A DNA stretch of 64,000 nt from the IMG/VR virus record IMGVR_UViG_3300034198_015644, positions 42,490-106,489 of that record; one strand, written 5' to 3'. Each line of letters starts with the position of its first letter. Position 1 is the first letter of the stretch. Of this stretch, positions 57,530 through 64,000 are shown piece after piece. Origin of the DNA: a virus. The position numbers were made by a program, and so were the translations under genes. The notes under the pieces are model-generated. The model did no database searches. It was not told where the DNA came from and saw only the letters and a list, made by a program, of their open reading frames with translations.

Positions 57530-57670
57530 AATGTTGTTTGAGGGATGATTTCAGCAAAATTTAAACTTAAATGTAAACTGGAAAACAACATGTGAGTTTA
57601 TCTGGTACTCACGATAATATTGATATCGATGTTATCATTAAAAACGGAAACCTCCATCCTGTACAACATT
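57530..57670 (+). ncRNA. Candidate structured ncRNA (Y-RNA-like/Ro-associated)
   Basis: 5'/3' closing helix aatgttgt/acaacatt plus gggatg/catcct; internal arms tttcag/ctggaa, gtgagt/actcac and gataatattg/cgatgttatc; flanked by a promoter and a terminator. Confidence 0.65.
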
Positions 57671-57672
57671 AT

Positions 57673-57708
57673 GAACCTGTAAATAACCTTTACAGGTTTA
57701 TTTTTTTT
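57673..57708 (+). terminator. Intrinsic terminator
   Basis: gaacctgtaaa-taacc-tttacaggttt stem-loop followed by a and T8. Confidence 0.85.
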
Positions 57709-57734
57709 ATTATATTTAATAAAAAAGAATTATT

Positions 57735-58028
57735 ATGGAAACAGAAAAAGAACCACTTATTTTAGTATTTTACATCTATAGAGATGTATTGGCACAAAAA
57801 GACATCAGAGATGAATATATCAATGGAGTTAAAAAACACTTTGAAGATATAAAAATAAAGGCAACATTTTTCTTTTTACCCACAGATACTGAAGAAAGAA
57901 TTGAATGCTTAAATCCTAGATTTATTGAAGATCAGAATGAGGTTGAAAAACTTAAAAGAATTTTAGAGGACGTAGAAAAACGTTTTGAAATTGATACTAA
58001 GTCTACTGATAATGTGGATGAAGATTGA
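57735..58028 (+). CDS. Hypothetical protein
   Basis: 97-aa ORF. Confidence 0.55.
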   Translation: METEKEPLILVFYIYRDVLAQKDIRDEYINGVKKHFEDIKIKATFFFLPTDTEERIECLNPRFIEDQNEVEKLKRILEDVEKRFEIDTKSTDNVDED

Positions 58029-58029
58029 T

Positions 58030-58677
58030 TTAAGGTCTTGTAGAGTTACGATAAAGACGGGATGGTTTCCATCCCGTTTTTTTTAACACTTCATTGTATA
58101 TTCTTTTTCTATTTTCTTTTTTTAATTCGTTCATAAAAATTGCCCGTTTAATTTTATTAACTTTAAAAAAATCTAATATAGTGTCGTGTAATAATCTAGC
58201 TTCTTTTTTATTTTTACAAGTTACAATATTTAAATTATCATAATCTTCAACTACCAATTTGTTAAGAAAATAAAATACATATTTAATTTTATTATTATTT
58301 AATAATAATTTTTTAATGATTTCTTTAAATGTCAATCTACCTTTAAAACCATGAACTTGGAATGTTTCCTCTATTTCAAAATCATTTTTATTCAATATTG
58401 TATATCTTTCATCTTTAAATTTTTCTTTTATTAAACGACCTAAACTATCTCTTACAATTTTTTCTTCATCACCATTTTCATGTTCTTTAAGTAGATATAA
58501 ATAAAATTTTAAATTCTTATGTGTGTCATTCTTATTAAGAGTTTTTTTACCAAAAAATACTACATTATTTTTTAAAATTTTTTCATATAATTTTAGTGCA
58601 GAATCCAAATTTTTACGTTTACCATATATTCTATAACTTTGACCTTCAGAATCATACACACCAATTACGTATTCCAT
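58030..58677 (-). CDS. Basic hypothetical protein
   Basis: 215-aa Lys-rich ORF. Confidence 0.55.
   Translation of the reverse strand: MEYVIGVYDSEGQSYRIYGKRKNLDSALKLYEKILKNNVVFFGKKTLNKNDTHKNLKFYLYLLKEHENGDEEKIVRDSLGRLIKEKFKDERYTILNKNDFEIEETFQVHGFKGRLTFKEIIKKLLLNNNKIKYVFYFLNKLVVEDYDNLNIVTCKNKKEARLLHDTILDFFKVNKIKRAIFMNELKKENRKRIYNEVLKKTGWKPSRLYRNSTRP
58053..58084 (+). terminator. Intrinsic terminator embedded in the antisense of the convergent gene
   Basis: acgggatgg-ttt-ccatcccgt followed by T7. Confidence 0.7.
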
Positions 58678-58708
58678 TTTGATTTTTAATATAAATTTAC
58701 TATATTTG
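58678..58708 (+). promoter_or_regulatory. Bacteroidota-type promoter for the dnaJ operon
   Basis: TTTG (58678-81), N19, TATATTTG (58701-08). Confidence 0.7.
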
Positions 58709-58728
58709 TATAAAATGAAAATACTCTA

Positions 58729-59745
58729 ATGAAAGATTTATATGAAATTTTGGGTGTAAGTAGGGATGCTTCTGCGGAGGATATTAAAAAGGCGTATAAA
58801 AAATTGGCAATACAATATCACCCAGATAAGAATCCTGGTAATAAAGAGGCTGAGGAAAAAATGAAAGATATAAATCATGCCTATAGTACACTTTCTGATG
58901 AAGAAAGTAAGCGAAAATATGATATGGGTGGATCCGATATGGGTCACGGTGGATTTGGTTTTGGTTTTGATCCATTTGATATTGCTTCAAGGATGGCGGG
59001 TTTTGGTTTTGGGGGTAGACGAAGAGGTCAACAAAAAGGAAGAGATATTAAAATAGAACTCGCAATTACTTTAGAGGAGATATACAGAGGTGTTAGTAAA
59101 AAAATAAGATTTAATCATTCTGTCGGATGTAATACTTGTTCAGGTACTGGAGGAAAAGAAACTAACTGTGAAGTATGTAAAGGGCAAGGAGTTATGACAC
59201 AAATTATTGATACCCAAATGGGTAGAATGATGAATCAAAGAATTTGTGGTAGTTGTAATGGATCGGGTAAAATAATTACTGACCCTTGTAAAAAATGTAA
59301 TGGTATTGGTAGTGAAGTAAAATCTGAAGTGATAGATATTAACATACCTCAAGGATGTGAAAATGGTCATACTTTTATAGTTAAAGGAGGTGGGGACTTC
59401 ATGAAAAATGGTGTATCAGGTGATTTATATGTTGTAATTTCTGAAATTCCTGACATAACCACCCAACGGCAAGGCAATGATTTAATTAAAAAAATAACTT
59501 TATCGTATATTGATTTTATTATTGGTAATGAGTATATTTTAGAAACTTTTGATGGTAAAATAAAAATTAACATTCCTGAATTGTCTGAAGTTGGAGATAA
59601 TCTTAGGATAAAAGGAAAAGGATTTAAACGAAATGGGTTAGTTGGTGATATGATAATAATATTAGAACTAACATTACCTAAACAAATAAATGAAAAAGAA
59701 AAAGAATTATTAACAGAAATTAAAAATTTAAAAAAACAACTATGA
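58729..59745 (+). CDS. dnaJ: Full-length DnaJ co-chaperone
   Basis: J domain with HPD, G/F-rich linker, four CxxCxGxG repeats, C-terminal domain. Confidence 0.95.
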   Translation: MKDLYEILGVSRDASAEDIKKAYKKLAIQYHPDKNPGNKEAEEKMKDINHAYSTLSDEESKRKYDMGGSDMGHGGFGFGFDPFDIASRMAGFGFGGRRRGQQKGRDIKIELAITLEEIYRGVSKKIRFNHSVGCNTCSGTGGKETNCEVCKGQGVMTQIIDTQMGRMMNQRICGSCNGSGKIITDPCKKCNGIGSEVKSEVIDINIPQGCENGHTFIVKGGGDFMKNGVSGDLYVVISEIPDITTQRQGNDLIKKITLSYIDFIIGNEYILETFDGKIKINIPELSEVGDNLRIKGKGFKRNGLVGDMIIILELTLPKQINEKEKELLTEIKNLKKQL

Positions 59746-60152
59746 AATTAGACGGAGTATTAAAAGAAACAGAAGATTTGTTCAAGAAAGTTCTTGAAGA
59801 AACTAGTGTACCAAGATCAATTAAATTTGAATTGATTGCCGCCAATGATATGAAAGAAATTGGTAAAGTTGCTAAGGCAAATGAAATTTTGAAGTATATG
59901 ACTGAGATTGATATCATCATACTTTTAAATGAAAATATTTTTGATAGGTTAGCAGACGATCAAAAAGTTATGATTCTTGAAGAACTATTGGCGCAAGTAT
60001 TTTGGGATAGTAATAGTGGTAAGATTAAATTGATCAAACCAGACGTAAATACTTTTTCATTGTTGATTAAACGTTATGGTATTGATTTCTATCTTGGAGT
60101 TAAAGATAGTATTGCTTCGGTTTTGAATGAACTTGATGCAACAGGTAACTGA
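59742..60152 (+). CDS. Phage metallopeptidase-like protein lacking HExxH
   Basis: GKV.K...DIII.LN...F..L...QK..ILEELL.Q...KL..PDV..F...I.RYG layout; catalytic His residues absent. Confidence 0.5.
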   Translation: MKLDGVLKETEDLFKKVLEETSVPRSIKFELIAANDMKEIGKVAKANEILKYMTEIDIIILLNENIFDRLADDQKVMILEELLAQVFWDSNSGKIKLIKPDVNTFSLLIKRYGIDFYLGVKDSIASVLNELDATGN

Positions 60153-60358
60153 TGAATGAATTAATTGAGAACGAAGACTTTTATTGGGAAGAACGCGATG
60201 GAATCCGCTATCGCGTTTTTACCGAATACTATTTCTATAAAAACAAAAAGTTTTGTTGTGGAAATGGATGTAGACATTGTATATTCGAACCATTACATAA
60301 AAGAGGTGCTCAGTTGATTAATTCAGAAATAATTAATAAATTTGAAAATAAAAAATAA
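60152..60358 (+). CDS. DUF5522-like small Cys-rich protein
   Basis: DFY.E....VFTE.Y......CCGNGCRHC. Confidence 0.7.
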   Translation: MNELIENEDFYWEERDGIRYRVFTEYYFYKNKKFCCGNGCRHCIFEPLHKRGAQLINSEIINKFENKK

Positions 60359-60363
60359 AAATC

Positions 60364-61206
60364 GTGATAAGTTATATTGGTGGTAAATCAAAAATTTCAA
60401 GTTGGATCATTCCTTTTATTCCTAAAGATATCCAAACCTATGTAGAACCTTTTGGTGGTATGTATTGGGTTTTCTTTAAAATGAATTTAAAAGAATATCC
60501 ACATCTTAATAATGTTGTGTATAATGATTTTAATCCACTTAATTCTAATCTTTTTAAATGTGTAAAAGATTATGATAGGTTACATCAAGAAATGGGTAGT
60601 TACCCTACACAAAAAATGGGAGAAGATATTGACCCTAAAGAATATGAGGAATGTTTTAAAAGATGTCAAAAAGAAGTTTTTGATCCTAACTTTGTAGTTC
60701 CTACCGATGCAAATTATGATGTTGCATGTAAATATTTATATACTTTGACACATATTTTTAGTGGAGGTAAACCTGCAACTTCAAAATTTATTTATTATCA
60801 CGGTAAATATAGAGATAAATTTTTAGTTTTTATGGATAAACTAAAAAAGAAAGAATGGACATCACATTTTGATAAAATCAATCAAGTTGAAAATTTAGAT
60901 GCATGTAGTGTTATATCGAAATACGATAATTCAAACGCATTTTTTTATCTCGACCCACCATATTTTAAAACTGAGGGATACTATTCTAATCATGAATTTG
61001 GATTAAACGACCATGAAAGATTGGCTAATTGTATGAAACAAATGAAAGGAAAATTTGCACTATCTTATTATGATTTCCCTCAATTAAGTGAATGGTTTCC
61101 TAAAGATCAATATCGTTGGGAAACAAAAGAATTCCCAAAGTCTGCTGCGGCACGTAAAGATACTGCGCAAAATAAAGGAGTTGAACTATTAATCATGAAT
61201 TATTAA
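60364..61206 (+). CDS. dam: DNA adenine methyltransferase (D12/Dam class)
   Basis: SYIGGK, YVEPFGG, VYND.N, FYLDPPY, ELLIMNY; target sequence not determinable. Confidence 0.88.
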   Translation: MISYIGGKSKISSWIIPFIPKDIQTYVEPFGGMYWVFFKMNLKEYPHLNNVVYNDFNPLNSNLFKCVKDYDRLHQEMGSYPTQKMGEDIDPKEYEECFKRCQKEVFDPNFVVPTDANYDVACKYLYTLTHIFSGGKPATSKFIYYHGKYRDKFLVFMDKLKKKEWTSHFDKINQVENLDACSVISKYDNSNAFFYLDPPYFKTEGYYSNHEFGLNDHERLANCMKQMKGKFALSYYDFPQLSEWFPKDQYRWETKEFPKSAAARKDTAQNKGVELLIMNY

Positions 61207-61208
61207 TT

Positions 61209-61442
61209 ATGAAAATTGTATTGTTATTATTAACTATGGTTTTTATTTCTTGTACTGATGAAAGAATTAAAGTCAGAGAAAAAGATACTGGAGGAACCGT
61301 GACCGTTTCAACTAGCGGATTCAGTCGTGATTATGATTTAAAAGAATTTACCTATAAGGGTCACTTGTACATATATTCTGAAGTTAGGGATGGAATTGCT
61401 ATGTCACATGCAGGTCATTGTGGGTGCGGTAAAAAATATTGA
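61209..61442 (+). CDS. Small lipoprotein
   Basis: MK, hydrophobic core, FISC lipobox; C-terminal H..HC.C. Confidence 0.6.
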   Translation: MKIVLLLLTMVFISCTDERIKVREKDTGGTVTVSTSGFSRDYDLKEFTYKGHLYIYSEVRDGIAMSHAGHCGCGKKY

Positions 61443-61448
61443 TTTGTA

Positions 61449-61480
61449 TTTGGAAATTACTAAAAGATTTTATATCTTTG
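61449..61480 (+). promoter_or_regulatory. Bacteroidota-type promoter
   Basis: TTTG (61449-52), N20, TATCTTTG (61473-80). Confidence 0.75.
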
Positions 61481-61508
61481 TGTTTGTAATTTAAAGTATA
61501 TTTTTTAA

Positions 61509-61898
61509 ATGAAAAAGTATAGACTTAAAAGTGGTCGTGAACTATCTAAAATGGATATGTTAGTGGTTTTAGATTGGTGTAAAAAATATTTAGGTAGATC
61601 TAAATATTTTTCAATCAGAAAATTGAGATTAAGGATTGATAGTAGAATGACATTTTTGGGTCAATTTGGGGTTGATACTAATACAATATATGTGAACCCA
61701 TCAATACATAGAAATTTTTCCCATATAATTGAAACTATCATTCATGAATATGTCCATTTTTTACAAAATCCTAAGGAATATGATAGACTATCAAGAGAAA
61801 TTTTCTATGACGACTATTATGATCATCCCCACGAATATGAGGCAGAAACTATTGCATTAGAATTGGCACCAAAATGTTATAAACATTTAAAAAAATAA
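61509..61898 (+). CDS. Zincin-like HExxH metallopeptidase
   Basis: TIIHEYVHFLQ...Y.DHPHEYEA. Confidence 0.7.
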   Translation: MKKYRLKSGRELSKMDMLVVLDWCKKYLGRSKYFSIRKLRLRIDSRMTFLGQFGVDTNTIYVNPSIHRNFSHIIETIIHEYVHFLQNPKEYDRLSREIFYDDYYDHPHEYEAETIALELAPKCYKHLKK

Positions 61899-61930
61899 TT
61901 TGGAAATATCATTTATTTGACTTACCTTTG
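61899..61930 (+). promoter_or_regulatory. Bacteroidota-type promoter
   Basis: TTTG (61899-902), N20, TACCTTTG (61923-30). Confidence 0.75.
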
Positions 61931-61958
61931 TCTTGTTCAAAAATTAAAAATAAAACAA

Positions 61959-62369
61959 ATGAAAAAAGCAATCATTCTTCTACTAATGGTATTTTTTACT
62001 ACGTCATCATTTTCTCAAGTAGGTATATTTCAACACCTTAATGAAATCAAAGATGATAGTCTTCCTGGTGAGTTGAAAAAAATGAGTAAAAAAGAAGGTT
62101 ATATCTATTCTGTTAATGATGAATCCATGAGTACAATATTTGGATATGCATTGACTAATCATCTTTATTGTTATATGACCATTGCTAAACCCACTAGTAG
62201 CATAAGTTTACAAAGTTGGGTACAAAATTTGAACCAAAAGTGGGTTATTGTAAACGAAAACAAATGGTTGTTTTATCGAGAAGATGGAAATATTTTAGAA
62301 TCGGAATTATCCTATGACGATAATCAACCCATGTTTATATTTTCAATTAAAAAAATGTCAAAAAAATAA
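61959..62369 (+). CDS. Secreted/periplasmic protein (start moved to ATG at 61959)
   Basis: MKKAIILLLMVFFTTSSFSQ is a Bacteroidota-style signal peptide ending before Gln; the promoter overlaps the longer annotated start. Confidence 0.6.
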   Translation: MKKAIILLLMVFFTTSSFSQVGIFQHLNEIKDDSLPGELKKMSKKEGYIYSVNDESMSTIFGYALTNHLYCYMTIAKPTSSISLQSWVQNLNQKWVIVNENKWLFYREDGNILESELSYDDNQPMFIFSIKKMSKK

Positions 62370-62403
62370 TAATCATATATCTCTAACAATTAAAAACAAA
62401 AAA

Positions 62404-62991
62404 ATGAAAAAAGGAAAATTAAAAACTAAAGGTATGTCAAAACGTAAAGAAAATTTCAACAAATTGGTAAACAGTTTGCCGTCGATTGAAGGAATTACTG
62501 GAAAATCAATGCTTAAAATCAATGAAGCATTTGAGTGTTACAAAAAATTACTTAATCGTTATTCGGAACTTAGAAATGACCCCAAAGCACTTAATCGTTT
62601 CTATAGTATGTGTCGTAATCCTTTGTTTGATATTACCGGTATCTCTTATTTTAGAACTGGTCTTATGTCAAATGCGGCGGCTAAATGTCAAGAAAAGTGT
62701 TACACTTCACAGGATCACTTTATTCAAAGAACTAAAGCATTGAAATATATTTTTAGGGATATGGCTAAGAATCCTAATATGACTTTGGAACAATTTATTG
62801 CACTTGTTAAGAAATATTGTTCTACAGTTACCCTTACTAAAGAAGAACACCGTAGTGTAACCACTTATGGACGTAAACACAAGGATATGACTAATGTAAA
62901 AATTTATAAGAAGTTAGGTATCAAAGTTACGGGATTGGGTCAGTGGTGTAAAGAAAATTATGTCACCAAGGCGGTTGAAATGTCGTATTAA
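62404..62991 (+). CDS. Hypothetical protein, possibly HNH-like fold (start ATG at 62404)
   Basis: QDHFIQR...TVTLTKEEH spacing resembles beta-beta-alpha metal nucleases; weak. Confidence 0.45.
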   Translation: MKKGKLKTKGMSKRKENFNKLVNSLPSIEGITGKSMLKINEAFECYKKLLNRYSELRNDPKALNRFYSMCRNPLFDITGISYFRTGLMSNAAAKCQEKCYTSQDHFIQRTKALKYIFRDMAKNPNMTLEQFIALVKKYCSTVTLTKEEHRSVTTYGRKHKDMTNVKIYKKLGIKVTGLGQWCKENYVTKAVEMSY

Positions 62992-63012
62992 TGATATATT
63001 TATGATTGATTG

Positions 63013-63050
63013 AGTTAGAGATGGGGAAAATCATCTCTAACTATTTTCTT
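63013..63050 (+). terminator. Stem-loop (terminator or pre-tRNA leader hairpin)
   Basis: agttagagatg/catctctaact 11-bp stem followed by attttctt, ending at the first tRNA base. Confidence 0.55.
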
Positions 63051-63121
63051 GCTTCTATAGTTTAACGGTAAAACTACTGATTTGTAATCAGTCATTATAG
63101 GTTCGATTCCTGTTAGAAGCT
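63051..63121 (+). tRNA. tRNA-Thr (TGT), CCA not fully encoded
   Basis: Acceptor gcttcta/tagaagc, D-arm gttt..aaac, anticodon arm actga-tttgtaa-tcagt, T-loop ggttcgattcc. Confidence 0.93.
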
Positions 63122-63177
63122 CAAGTTCAAAAATTATTTTTGGCTCTTTTTTAATAATCATAATATTTATTAAAAAA

Positions 63178-63912
63178 ATGAATATTATGAAATGGGAGAA
63201 AGACGAAATAGACAAGATAATAAAATTGTTTAATGATGGTGAGGATTATGTGAGTATCGCTAATTCTTTAAAAAGAACAAGACAATCAATTAGGATTAAA
63301 TTAAATAAATTAGGTTTTTTTATCAAAGACAAAAATAGATTCTTTCATGAAAAATATTGTAAACATTGTGGGGGAATATTTGATTCATATAAGATTGAGA
63401 AAAGAAAATTTTGTAGTTCTTCTTGTAGTGCATCTTTTAACAATAAGATAAGGGAAAAAAACAATACCCCAATAGGGAAAAAATTCAAAGATAAGAGTAA
63501 AATAAAAATATCATTTTATTTAGAAAAAAATAAAAAATGTTTAAATTGCGATAAGATCGTAACTAACAAATTTTGTAATAGTAAATGTCAACATGAATAT
63601 AAACGAAAAATTTTATTTCAAAAAATAGAAAATCAAGAAATAGGTATTAGTCACAAAAGTTATAAAAAATATTTAATAGAAAAATTTGGTGGAAAATGTA
63701 TGGAATGTGGTTGGGATAAAGTAAATCCTATAACAGGAAAAGTTCCAATAGAGTTGGAACATATTGACGGTAATTCAGAAAATAACAGTTTAGAAAATTT
63801 AAAATTATTGTGTCCTAATTGCCACTCATTAACACCAACATATAAGTCACTAAATAGAGGTAATGGTAGGTATAATAGAATGGTTAGATATAAAGAAGGT
63901 AAAAGTTTTTAA
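63178..63912 (+). CDS. Free-standing HNH homing endonuclease with N-terminal HTH and Zn-finger repeats
   Basis: CMECG...ELEHIDGN..NN.LENL.LLCPNCH; CxxC...FCS..C repeats; inserted between two RNA genes. Confidence 0.9.
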   Translation: MNIMKWEKDEIDKIIKLFNDGEDYVSIANSLKRTRQSIRIKLNKLGFFIKDKNRFFHEKYCKHCGGIFDSYKIEKRKFCSSSCSASFNNKIREKNNTPIGKKFKDKSKIKISFYLEKNKKCLNCDKIVTNKFCNSKCQHEYKRKILFQKIENQEIGISHKSYKKYLIEKFGGKCMECGWDKVNPITGKVPIELEHIDGNSENNSLENLKLLCPNCHSLTPTYKSLNRGNGRYNRMVRYKEGKSF

Positions 63913-63915
63913 TAT

Positions 63916-64000
63916 GGGGACGACAGGAATCGATTGGCGGACTAATTTAGATAGTGCAGGTAGTGTTAGCATTGGAAACACTTTAATAACCTATGTAGAA
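63916..64000 (+). ncRNA. ssrA: 5' part of tmRNA (truncated by window end)
   Basis: Begins GGGGAcgacaGGaaTCGA, matching the tmRNA 5' TLD pattern GGGG..-GG-.TCGA; no tRNA cloverleaf completes; tag frame and 3' end lie outside the window. Confidence 0.65.

Noticed and set aside
57530-57670. tRNA or known riboswitch
   Set aside because: No T-loop (GTTCRA) or canonical acceptor/anticodon geometry, and no aptamer consensus that I recognise; an Rfam search is still needed
317-60000. Short antisense or alternate-frame ORFs in the track (e.g. 317-547, 7180-7365, 46640-47038, 52980-53396, 58738-59920)
   Set aside because: They are nested within long, motif-bearing genes and have no recognisable features; treated as shadow ORFs
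63015-63215. 66-aa minus-strand ORF
   Set aside because: It is the antisense of the tRNA-Thr gene and the adjacent hairpin
1-64000. Alternative genetic code (stop-codon reassignment) as in some jumbo phages
   Set aside because: Standard code gives dense, uninterrupted ORFs up to 4829 aa, and TAA, TGA and TAG all end plausible genes

Overview
AT-rich, gene-dense 64-kb segment of a large (jumbo-type) tailed dsDNA phage, read in the standard genetic code. The host is most likely a Bacteroidota, based on at least seven TTTG-N19/20-TAnnTTTG promoters, a short Bacteroidota-type RpoD-like sigma factor, an Hc1 histone-like gene and SprB-like repeats. Positions 1-38 kb form a + strand virion module: baseplate/tail-type genes around three consecutive Cys-rich ORFs of 4101, 626 and 4829 aa. 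These are built from SprB-like beta-sandwiches, six TIGR03803/GloVer-type beta-propellers and three copies of an E(N/S)EFWN glycoside-hydrolase-like domain. Positions 38-48 kb hold DNA metabolism genes: RuvC, primase, methylase, PD-(D/E)xK nuclease, Mre11/Rad50 pair and sigma factor. Positions 48-56 kb hold a putative lysis cassette, probable head-internal proteins and small ORFs. Positions 56-64 kb hold a TROVE/Ro60-like vWA protein, DnaJ, Dam, tRNA-Thr(TGT), an HNH endonuclease and the 5' end of a tmRNA. The two best candidates for something new are (1) a self-contained, structured ~140-nt ncRNA with its own promoter and terminator directly behind the TROVE/vWA gene (a putative phage Ro60/Y-RNA-like RNP), and (2) the giant-protein trio, whose ORF junctions fall at the same loop where whole domains are inserted, suggesting strand-complemented assembly. 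All family assignments are by eye from motifs; no searches were run.
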